Below are positions 53,299 through 64,000 of a DNA stretch of 64,000 bases, piece after piece. Source of the DNA: Octopus vulgaris (taxonomy: Eukaryota); assembly GCA_951406725.2 (NCBI GenBank), contig OX597820.1, positions 22,196,001 to 22,260,000 on the forward strand, given 5' to 3'. Under the pieces are notes generated by a model that made no database searches, was not told where the DNA came from, and worked only from the letters and a program-made list of their open reading frames with translations. Position numbers and translations under genes: made by a program. Numbering within the stretch: the first letter of the stretch is position 1; every line of letters starts with the position of its first letter.

Positions 53299-53829
53299 TG
53301 TAATACAGAAAATTTAATTTGTTCATTCTTAAAAAGCACTTTGCTATAAAACAGAATAGTATGAGTCAACACTTTTGCTATATGTCTGTATACATTGTAT
53401 AACTGTGAACATAAAAAGAAAGGAATATCCTTGCTGTATTTGCTTATGAACAATGAAAGTCTGAGTTCAAATCCTTTTTGCGGGGGTCATTGAAATAAAT
53501 ACCAGTTGATCACTGGATCAGTGTCATTACTTCTTTATAAGTAACTCTACAAATTCAATCCATTTTGTTTATGATATAAGCAATATTAGGAATCAAAAGT
53601 TACAGAATAATTACTATTTTGCATAAAGGCAGTACCATAAACAAATGATATTTGTTATATGACCAGCTGAAAAACGTCAACATTAGTTTTCAAGAGAGAT
53701 AACTCTTGACAACTTGTACGATCAAATCTAAAGAGATGCTTTTTCTATTCAAAGCGATTTTAACTTAATATTCATACGCCATCATCATCGTCGTCGTCGT
53801 CGTCGTCATCATTGTCATCATCATCGTCG

Positions 53830-53896
<67 letters not shown>

Positions 53897-54605
53897 TATC
53901 ATCATCATCATTATTTTACTGTGAGTGTTCGTAGAAATTTGCTTGCGTACACATTTTATCTTTCTTTGCACAGTTCGTGTGCACCTATGCGAGCAACCAT
54001 CATTCAAATGCTATATTGACTGCCTAAGTAATTGCACTCTATTTTTATTTAAAATTTCGGTAATGTTTCGGTATTTGTACATACGCCAGTCGTCAATGAA
54101 AGTGTGTGCGAGTGTGCGTTAGGCTGTTCAGCTTCGTCTTGCAGATGAAAGACAACGTCATATACTCACTCATGGCGTCATAGACTTTTACCGTAAGATT
54201 GCTAAAAATTTTATTGAGAAAATAGACGATTAATCTCTTCAATTAAAAAAAATCGATTTCATCTAGAAAACCTTGTGTACGCACATCTTGTGTGTGAGTG
54301 CGCGTGCACACGCGACGTAGTTCTTATACGTGCAGGCGCACACAGGTGCTCAGTCTAGATACAGCATTGTAGACCAACATGACATTGCTGAGCTATAAAT
54401 ATTCTAGACTACGTCTAATTGCCAACACGTCACTCACCAACATTCTGCAACAAGCTAGTCTCTAGCCGAGAGAGGGAAGCCGCTTTATTTAGCCTGCTAG
54501 AATTAGAAGCTTATCATGCTCAGTTCACATTCGTCAGCTGTAAAAAAAAAAACGATGAGGGCGCAGTTGATAATACAGCCCTAGATATATAAAAAAAAAA
54601 AATGA

Positions 54606-54855
54606 GTGGAGGCGCGTGGATTAGTGGTTAGGGTATCAGCCTCGTGATCGTAAGATTGTGGTTTCGATTCCTGGACCGGGCGACGCGTTGTGTTCTTGAT
54701 CAAAACACTTCATTTCACGTTGCTCCAGTCCACTCAGCTGGCAAAAATGAGTAACGCTGCGATGGACTGGCGTCCCGTCCAGCTGGGAGACACATATGCC
54801 ATTGAAACCGGGAAACCGGGCCCATGAGCCTGGCTAGGCTTTAAAAGGGCGCATT
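54606..54855 (+). mobile_element. SINE family D
   Basis: Near-identical to 19515-19765. Confidence 0.85.
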
Positions 54856-55961
54856 TATTTATTATTTATACAAAAAGAAGCCATCATAATCTATAATGGA
54901 ATATCTTTGATAATATATCTGCCCGTTCAGAACTCTAACGTAGGGTTCAACAACACAAAGCTTGCCGGAATCTTGCTCACCGCGACCTGTGTCTATCATT
55001 TCTATAATGACTTTTGCTCGTCTAACACAGCGTGTACTGCAACTACTATCACCACCTTCTCCTCTATTTGTCATCCTCATTTTGTATTTGTTGTCATAAG
55101 GACAGTGCCAGACACGATCATTTAACCAATTTAAAAGACATTAAAGGCGGCGAGCTGGCGGGATCTTTACCGCAGTGGGGAAAATGCTTGATGGCATTTA
55201 CTCTGACTTTACCTTCTTAGTTCAAACTCCGCCGGGGTCAACTTTGCCTTTCAAGTTTTCAGGATCGATAAAATAAGTGCCAGTTGAACACTGGAGTCGA
55301 TGTAATAGACTTACTACTGCCCATAAATTCACTGGCTTTGTGCCAAAATTTGAAAGCAATTTTAGAGACATATCGTCTGCAAACTATAGCTTGTGTTGTG
55401 TTGAATCGTCTGCAACTATAGCTTACAGAAGATGTAAGGGACATAACTTTTATAGATTAAACAGCTACTGTAACATTTTTCCCTTCGGTACTATATTGCT
55501 AGCCATATACATATAATCAATAGGCAGACGGGCAACATGGTGGTTAGAGTGCTGGACACACGATCATAAAGATGTGAGTTCGATTCCTGCACCAAGCAGT
55601 GTTTTGTGTCCTTGAGCAAGGCACTTCATTTAACGTTGCTTCAGGTTGCTCAACAGAAAATTAGCAACAGTTAAGTCTGGCGCAGCCAGTTGCGCAGCTA
55701 GAGTGCATGCTGCCTGAGGCAACCCTTGAGCTACTCCCGCCCTGCACCCGATACAGACTGATGCATTAGACCCAAAAGTGGCGCCCCTTACCCATCCAAT
55801 TATGCTGCCTGTTGCACCCTTCTCTCCTTCGGCTGTATGCTGTTTGATATACCTTATTTGTCTATGTTATTCATATACATACTATTGGCTACTCTGAGTT
55901 GTCTCGACTCGGCTCGTTTTCGTTTCACTTCCGCAACTTACTTGGGCCATAAATGTGTTCT

Positions 55962-56055
<94 letters not shown>

Positions 56056-56661
56056 TGCGTGTGGTTCTTCAGCACACAAGTTAAGCAAATGCTGTGTTGA
56101 TGATAACTATCGAGGCAGAAACACGAATCCACAGCTGTTCCCTTATTTCCATATAATCCAACTATCCTATCCTTAACCGCATGCCAATTTTGGAGAATCC
56201 TTGATTCCCAAAACTATCTCCCCTTCTCATTTGGCTTCAGGTCCAATTGCCACCGGGCGACTAGAGATAATTTCAATAAACCAAGAATTTAACCTGTATG
56301 GTGTTTAATATACCCTTTTTTCGACTTTAGGGATTACTAGTCGCGTGTAAGTGCAGCCCTCTTCTCTTTCCGACTGTCACAATCCGCGATGTTCCGTTGG
56401 GTTTTGGATGAAAGGGCCGAGAGAATATCAGTCTGTTTACAACTACGTAAGCACTTAAAACAACTAATAAAGGCATGAAACATGCTACCGAGTCACACTC
56501 ACTTGAGAGCTGTGCCTATGGTTCTCCTCTTTATACATACATTCTTTTACAGTCTTTATCCATTAATTAAATATTAGGCCTGTTTTATATAGAGATCGGT
56601 GCTACTTTGGTATGTGATCTACAACTTAAAGGGCCATTACTTTAGGTTACTTTTTAGTTTA

Positions 56662-57171
56662 CCGTAAATCCTCGTGTATAATCTGCCTTTTTTTCCAAAA
56701 ATTTAAAGGTCAAAATCCCTCGTGCGTACTATATACGAGGTTAAAAATGAAAAATATTTTCTAAGCAATGTCCGAGTCTATATTTGCAGTCCGGCAGTGT
56801 TTATTCAGACGCATTTTGTGATGTCGGGCGGGAAAATACTTCAAGCTAAGCCTGAAAGCAATGAAGTCATAAAAGAATCGTCCATAACTTGCAGTAAGCA
56901 ACATTTATTAAAATAAAAGTATTCAGAACACAGAAAAAGATGTAACAAAAACAATTTGCAAACATATTTACATTCCCATATAACAGATAAGAACATCACC
57001 ATTATTGTATTACGCATGCACGAAAGTGTTTGCTCGACTAGGTGCTGCTGGCTTAATTACATACGACTCAAGTTAGAGAAAGGGTGCGTATTATACACAA
57101 GGTTTAGCTTTTTCAGAAGTACAGCCCCTGCGTATTATACTCAAGGGTGGACTATACTAGAGGATTTACGG
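56662..57171 (-). mobile_element. pogo/Tc2-like MITE with TA TSD
   Basis: TA-CCGTAAATCCTC..GAGGATTTACGG-TA; homologous to 11274-11769. Confidence 0.8.
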
Positions 57172-57418
57172 TACTTTCCAATTTCTAAAAGCCCTTAGGA
57201 CATTGGCTCAAGATTTTTTACAATAAATTCTTTTGTACATACTTAGCGTTGTAAATTATTTTTTTCAAAATTCTTACTATTTTAATAATAATAAAACCAT
57301 ATTTCATTTATGTCTTAGTAAATAATAATATGAAACCAAGAATAACTAATATGATAATTAAAATAAACGCGTGTTTTGCAACGTAAAGAAACTAAAAACT
57401 AACTTAAAGTAATTAATA

Positions 57419-57666
57419 GTGGAGGCGCAATGGCCCAGTGGTTAGGGCAGCGGACTCGCGGTCGGAGGATCACCGGACGTTGTGTGCGTTTATTGAATGA
57501 AAACACCTAAAAGCTTCATGTTGTACTCTTTCACTCACTCTCTCTTCCTGTTTCTGAAGTAACGCTGCGATAGATTGGCGTCCCGTCCAGCTGAGGGGAA
57601 CACATACGTCACAGAAACCGGGAAACCGGGCCCACGAGCCTGGCTAGGCTTGAAAAGGGCGCATAA
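57419..57666 (+). mobile_element. Chimeric SINE: family C head plus family D (V-like) tail
   Basis: GTGGAGGCGCAATGGCCCAGTGG head and AAAACACCTAAA body, then GTAACGCTGCGATAGATTGGCGTCCCGTCCAGC..AAAAGGGCGCAT. Confidence 0.75.
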
Positions 57667-57739
57667 AAAAAAAGTAATTGCCTTTGAAGTTGTAGATCAC
57701 ATGTCAAAGCAATACCTAAAAATTTCATTCCTGAGTCAT

Positions 57740-57965
57740 ATAGACTCATAAGGCCGGTTTCCAGGTTTCTAAAGCGTATATATTCTCTCCATGGACGGGA
57801 CGCTACTCAGTCTCAGAAGCATTCGTTTACAGTAGAATGGATAGGAGCAACATGAAAGGAAGTGTCTTGCTCAAGAACATAATGCACTGTCCGGTGAAAG
57901 AATCGAAATCGCAATTTTACTATCAGGTATTCAGCACCTTTAACCACTAAGCCATGCGCCACCAC
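57740..57965 (-). mobile_element. Old family-D-like SINE
   Basis: Degenerate tRNA head, TTCTTGAGCAAGACACTT, GCGTCCCGTCCA..GAAACCGG. Confidence 0.55.
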
Positions 57966-58061
57966 CTTATTTTGTATGCGTAATATAAATTTAGAGACTT
58001 CGAAAAGTATGGAATAAATCATTTTTAACTGCAGAACTTTAAGTATATAAAGCTATAAATA

Positions 58062-58620
58062 ACCCTTTCTATTATAGGCACAAGGCCTGAAATTTTGGAG
58101 GGGGGGAAAGTCGATGACAGCGATCCCAGTGTTTCACTGGTACTTAATTTATCGACCCCGAAAGGATGAAAGGCAAAGTCGACCTCAGCGGAATTTGAAC
58201 ACAGAATGAAGGCGGTAGACGAAATACCTATTTCTTTACTACCCACAAAGGGCTAAACACAGAGGGAACAAACAAGGACAGACAAACGGATTAAGTCGAT
58301 TACATCGACCTCAGTGCATAACTGATACTTATTTAATCGACCCCGAAAGAATGAAAGGCAAAGTCGACCTCAGCGGAATTTGAACTCAGAACATAGCGGC
58401 AGACGAAATACCTATTTCTTTACTATCCACAAGGGGCTAAACACAGAGGGGACAAACAAGGACAGACATAGGTATTAAGTCGATTACATCGACCCCAGTG
58501 CGTAACTGGTACTTAATTTATCGACCCCGAAAGGATGAAAGGCAAAGTCGACCTCGGCGGAATTTGAACTCAGAAGATAGCGGCAGACGAAATACCGCTA
58601 AGCATTTCCCCTGGTGTGCT
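58062..58620 (-). mobile_element. Head-to-tail trimer of Meta-type SINE
   Basis: Three units with junction AAAGAAATAG|GTATTTCGTCT; only the first carries remnants of the tRNA 5' half, and the last has a different tail. Confidence 0.85.
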
Positions 58621-60424
58621 AAATAATAGCTTGTGTAAATATTGAGCTTAAAAAATCCTTTCAAATGGAAAAAAAGTCGAAAGCTTCCCAGCTTTCGACT
58701 TTTTTCCATTCAAGGGATTTCTTTAAACCAAATATCTACAGGGTGCAGTATGGCCGAACATTGGTTCCTGATGCTTTATTTTATCGGCCGTAAAAAGACA
58801 AAAGACAAGGTTAACCTCGAAAGAATTTGAACTTAAAGCATGAAGAGCCGGAACAAAGGCATCAAGTCACTTTAACCGACGTTTTAACAATTCAGCAAAC
58901 AATGAAAGAGTTCTGTGTCTGAATTTTCGTATCTATTACTGAGACTACAAAAGCGTTATTATACATAGGCTTGGTAATGGAGTGAGCTGACTGAACATCT
59001 GGCACGTCAAGCAAAATATAAAGCAGCATTTCGTCCGTCTTTATGTACTGAGTTCAAATTCAGCGGAGGTCGACTTAGCCTTCCATCTTTTCGGGATCGA
59101 TAAAATAAGAACCAGTTGAACAATGGGGCCGATGTAATCGACTTACCCACCTCCTCCGAAATTGCTGACCTTATACCAAAATTTGAAATCATTATTATAC
59201 ACAGATTTGTTGGAGGAGTGAGCTGACAGACCTTGCAAATACGTTGGGTAAAAAACTTGGCTGCATTTCTATTGGTTCTTTACGCGCTGAGTTCAAATCC
59301 TACCGAAGTCGACTACTTCTTTCATCGCCTTTGGTGTCGATGGAATAATTACAAGCTGTGCACTGGAGTCGATGTAATTGACTAGTTCACCAATATTTCA
59401 CGCCTTGTGTCTATAGCAGGAACGATTAAATATATACAGACTTGGTGAAGAAAGGACACCTACGAATATCGTTCTTGTAGTAGCTTAAGCGACACCAGTG
59501 ATTGATTATTCAGTGTTTTCCTATATCGGTGGGACAGATTTATTTTTAGCATGAGATTGGCTTTGAATACCTGCTATTGACGACACTCAAATAGACGGAA
59601 ATGCATCTGGCATTCTCACTAGGCCCTGCCGGATGGGTTTTCCTTTTCCACCCGGTGTATACTGCTGCGCTTTTAAACACAGCAGATCCATAATAAATAT
59701 TATCTCCGGACTAATACCGCAGTAAATTTGCCTTTCAAAGATTAAGAGACGATATCAATAAAGTACAAAGAGAGAGATATTTTTACCCACGAGAGTTCCG
59801 GACTCATTTGCATACATTAAATATGATACGAAAACGGCTATTTTAGTAGCTTGTTTTAAGTGTCCACTAATAATGTTTTCATTTACGACGCTAACATATT
59901 TATAGCCTTCTCATGAATTACGACGTAATTATGGGTGTACTTATAACTTTGATGAGAGAAAGTAGACAGGAAGTTGACACCAAGACCGATTCAAACAACC
60001 AGTGCTTATTCTGGTTAATAATATTGAGCTCATTATATTCTAGAGACCGTTGTAAGTGACCAAATTTAACTAACGATTGCTACCATAAATATTACTGGAG
60101 CACGCCTTTCAAACGATAACAGCGACAGTAAACGTGACTTTGATTTTGCGGTTTTGCTCTTGTCTACTACTGAGTCACTAACATAACCTTGGCGGTTTCT
60201 ATAGACTATCGATAAAAGAGTTCATTGCTAGAATAAACGAAGTACAAATTGACTGTTATTTGGGGGGATATTCTTGTAGACAACGACTGTTTCTGAATGT
60301 GGCGGCTTGTTTTTTGAGTCTCAGGTCTTAGTCAACTTTCAAATGGCATTAACTGTAAACATGGTAATTGGTCCGCAACGACTGGTTGGCGGCGTCGAGG
60401 CTCCACCACACGACATACGAGAAG

Positions 60425-60660
60425 CTAAGAAGAAAAAGAGGAGGAGAAGAAGAAGAAGAAGAAGAAGAAGAAGAAGAAGAAGAAGAAGAAGAAGAGGGGA
60501 GGAGGAGAAGAAGAAGGAGGAGGAGGAGGAGGAGGAGGAGGGGGGGGAAGAAGAAGAAGAAGAAGAAGAAGAGGGGAGGAGGAGAAGAAGAAGGAGGAGG
60601 AGGAGGAGGAGGGGGGAAGAAGAAGAAGAAGAAGAAGAAGAAGAAGAAGAAGAAGAAGAA
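60425..60660 (+). repeat. Polypurine (GAA/GGA)n tract
   Basis: About 235 bp of pure purine on one strand. Confidence 0.85.
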
Positions 60661-61451
60661 GCTGACGTGATATGTATCAACAAATTGCTAAATGCAACGC
60701 GCTGAAATAACAGCCTCGATTCGCAAGTATGCGTTCAAGATGACTTGTTTTAAAGATCAACAAAGATTAAGAGATGATATCAATAAAGTACAATATCAAA
60801 TTTTTTCACCCACGAGAGTTCCGGACCCAGTAATGAACTCATTTGCATACAGCCAATCAGAGCTCACCTTGAAAATTCACATACTGTGTAGCCAGTCAGG
60901 CATAGAATGGTGTATGCCACTCGCTGAGTACAACACCTTTTATTTCTTAACTTATTTCAGCCATTGGACTGTGGCCATGCTGGGGCACTGCCCTGAAGAG
61001 TTTTACTAGAACAAATCGACCCCACCAATTATGCTTTATTTTATTTTTAATCTGGTACTTATTCTATAGTTCTCTTTTACTGAATTGCTATGTTCGGGGA
61101 AGAAAACAAACCAACACCAGAAGGTGAGTTACAAACACAGACACACAAAAATGTGTGTGTGTGTGTACGTGCGTGTGTGTGTGTGCGTGTGTGTGTGTGT
61201 GCACGTGTGTGTGTGCACGTGTGTGTGTGCACGTGTGTGTGTGCACATGTGTGTGTGCACGTGTGTGTGTGCACGTGTGTGTGTGCACGTGTGTGTGTGC
61301 ACGTGTGTGTGTGCACGTGTGTGTGTGCGTGTGTTTGTATACACATATATAGATGATGACCATGATGATATCCACACGACGGGTTTCCACACAGTTTCTA
61401 TTTATCAAACTCACTCACGAGACATTGGGGCCCGGGGTCATAGCTTCTTAA

Positions 61452-62287
61452 TGATGTCTACAACTCTTTCCTGCAATCAGACCTAGACACAATGCAGCAA
61501 TGGATCACAGACTGGCAACTGAAACTGGCTGTGGACAAGTGTACCACCATGCATTTTGGGAGAAAAACCCTGCGTCCACATACTCCCTCCACAACACTGA
61601 TATCAAGAAATCCTCTTGCGAGCGTGACCTAGGCATCACTGTCAGCAGTGATTTGCGTTGGACAAAGCATATCTCTAAAATTGTCAAGAAGGCCGAGGGT
61701 GCCTTGGCATCACTCAGCAAGACTTTTGTTAGCCGCTCTCCAGCCATCTATTTAAAACTGTATACAGCTATGGTACGACCACACTTGGAATTCGCATCAT
61801 CAGTTTGGAATCCCTATCTTGCTCAGAACATTGACCTCCTGGAATCTGTCCAGAGACGTGCAACCAAACACATACCCTCCATCAGACACCTACCATATTC
61901 TGAGCGCCTTGTTTCCCTGGGCATGGATTCACTGAAGCTCCGGCGTCTGGCGACGGACTTGGTAAACACCCACAAGGTTATCAACCACCTCACCAACAAC
62001 AACACTGAACACCTTTTTGATCTCCATGTGTCTAACACACGTGGACATGCCTACAAAGTCAGAAAACAACACAACTCCCATGACTTTCGGAAACATTTTT
62101 TCACGCTCAGAGTTGCTGAAGCATGGAATAAACTGCCTGCGTCAGTTGTTGACTGCCATGACACTGCATCCTTTAAGGCCCTCATGCTTTCCGAAATCCG
62201 CCGAAACTACACCTGATTATATATACACTTTAGATGAGTTGTAGTGCACCTGAGCACTGTACACAATTATTATTATTATTATTATTA
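61452..62287 (+). mobile_element. 5'-truncated young CR1-group LINE, near-identical to 43560-44488
   Basis: ORF 61500-62216 matches the 272-aa frame after a 1-nt slip in an A-run near 61565; same 3' UTR and (ATT)n tail. Confidence 0.92.
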
Positions 62288-62948
62288 AGCCAGGCCAGCG
62301 CAAGGAATTTTATATTTTAAACCATTGCATGTAATCCCAAGCTGTTGATGATTCATTTCCTATTCGCTCGCAAGTCACTGGTTTTACTGGAGTATTTTAT
62401 AACCTTTTAATGTGAACGACTAAAATGTGTCTATGTAATTTGTCTATAATATAAGTCACTTCGAAACATTACTGATGTGTTTTTCATACCTTGTACTTCT
62501 GTAAAAATGAACATGGATTTCCTCTTTTGGTTGTGGCCGTATTTAGAAGTAATACGTATGATATTTAGCGGGTATTTTTCTTCCATCTCAGTTCTGTTAT
62601 ACGATATTCAGAGAGCAATTTTTTGTTTTTGTGCGATGTTACGACTGACATGATGAGAAAAACATAATTTATACAGGAGACTTCTAACGCACTTCTAAAC
62701 ACCGATGTACATCGAAAAGATATGAAAATACCCAAAAAATGTCAACTGATTGGGGTAGTTAAAACATTAGCAGAAACATTATCGTTGATGGTTTATGCAA
62801 AATCTTTCAAGAGTGAAGAATGGGTTTGTTTAAACTTTCTCTAACACAAGTAATAGAGGGAACATTTGCATTGCCGATTGACCTACTAGAAATAGCAACC
62901 AAATAACACGCATTTCAAATACTACCGTCTTCAAAATACGTGGTGTGT

Positions 62949-62987
<39 letters not shown>

Positions 62988-63059
62988 CGTGCATGTGCTA
63001 CGGGCTTCTACATAGTTTTATATATATATATATTCAACATGTAGAACCGTTAATCCCGA

Positions 63060-63212
63060 CACGTTTTTCCTCACTCCGTTTTTTCATTCTCTCTCATCCC
63101 TTTCTGCTGAAGAGCGTAAGCTCGAACCGTCCCATTCTTCCAGAGCGTCAAACCAATATACCTGTCCGGTGTTCCTTCCTTCTCTGTCTTTTGTTTTCTG
63201 TACATTTGAAAA

Positions 63213-63215
<3 letters not shown>
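63060..63215 (+). repeat. Hammerhead-motif-bearing repeat (degenerate core)
   Basis: CTGCTGA-A-GAGC-GTAA-GCTC-GAAC at 63104-63127, followed by CAGAGCGTC as in the other copies. Confidence 0.45.
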
Positions 63216-63267
<52 letters not shown>

Positions 63268-63579
63268 AATATATATATATGTGACATCTTGTAGGCTTTC
63301 AGGCTTTGGTCGACGCGAAGCAATAGTAGAAAACACTTGCTCAACGTGCTGCGCAACGGGACTGAACCTGAAGCCATGTGGTTGGGAAGCGAGATTCTTA
63401 CCAATCAACCCTAGCACTTATTGTTTAAGTTTGATAATTATTCTATCAATCTCTTTCGTTGAACCACTAAGTTGCTGGGATTAAACAAACCTACACCGGT
63501 TGTCAAATGAGTGGGGACGAGTGGCAAACACAAACACACATGCATATATATATATGTCATTCAATATGTGACCGTGTGT

Positions 63580-63770
63580 GTATCGTTGGCGATTTTCTTT
63601 CTCCGTCTTCCCTTCCTTGGACCTTTCTTTTTTCTATGTTTCTGACGAAGAGCTCCGCTCGAAACGTTAAATCCCCCTTCTTTCATTCCTTTCCTGAGCG
63701 TCCAATAACATTATACTTGTTCCACGTTTCGTGTTGTTTTCTCTTTGTGTTTTCATGTTTGGATTAACAA
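63580..63770 (+). ncRNA. Repeat containing a minimal hammerhead ribozyme motif (63642-63669)
   Basis: CTGACGA-A-GAGC-TCC-GCTC-GAAA-CGTTA: intact CUGANGA/GAAA core, 4-bp stem II, palindromic AACGTT stem III. Confidence 0.55.
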
Positions 63771-64000
63771 TATATATACATATCTCGTATAAATATGCGG
63801 CAGGCTTCTACACAGCCTCCTTCAACCAAATTTACTCACAATGTGTTGGTCAACCTGAGATCTACAGTAGGAGACACTTCCCACGCGGTATGACTAAACC
63901 CGAAACCACGTGGTAATAAAGCGAACTCCTTAATCACACAGTTATGCCTGCACCTTAATATAAAGAAAAGTTTTAAGGCTATACATTACAAGCTTTATCT

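Noticed and set aside
58062-58620. CRISPR-like array
   Set aside because: Units are whole SINE bodies with no unique spacers; eukaryotic context, no cas genes.
61150-61335. (GTGTGTGCAC)n-like Cys/Val/His ORFs
   Set aside because: Minisatellite expansion inside a degenerate SINE A copy.

Overview
AT-rich, microsatellite-saturated eukaryotic DNA. The SINE repertoire and the mollusc-type tropomyosin sequence suggest a cephalopod, probably Octopus; this is inference. Almost all ORFs in the track are simple-repeat or SINE artefacts. The only convincing host genes are two intronless, minus-strand, unusually short tropomyosin paralogues: 36532-37047 (171 aa) and 50323-50952 (209 aa). They sit in an old tandem segmental duplication (~31.0-37.3 kb vs ~46.7-51.2 kb) with conserved promoter and 3' UTR blocks. 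Both keep the canonical N- and C-terminal head-to-tail ends but lack ~113 central residues. They differ from each other by exactly one 38-aa internal repeat, which predicts 4- and 5-actin-period tropomyosins and parallels yeast Tpm2 (161 aa) and Tpm1 (199 aa). The rest is mobile DNA: several modular tRNA-derived SINE families (CORE-, Meta- and V-type domains, with tails matching LINEs in the same window), 5'-truncated CR1-group and RTE LINEs, Helitrons, a Helentron-type HINE, pogo/Tc2-like and hAT-like MITEs, a Penelope GIY-YIG remnant, fold-back palindromes and short repeats carrying minimal hammerhead-ribozyme motifs. Coordinates of degenerate repeats are approximate and were read by eye.
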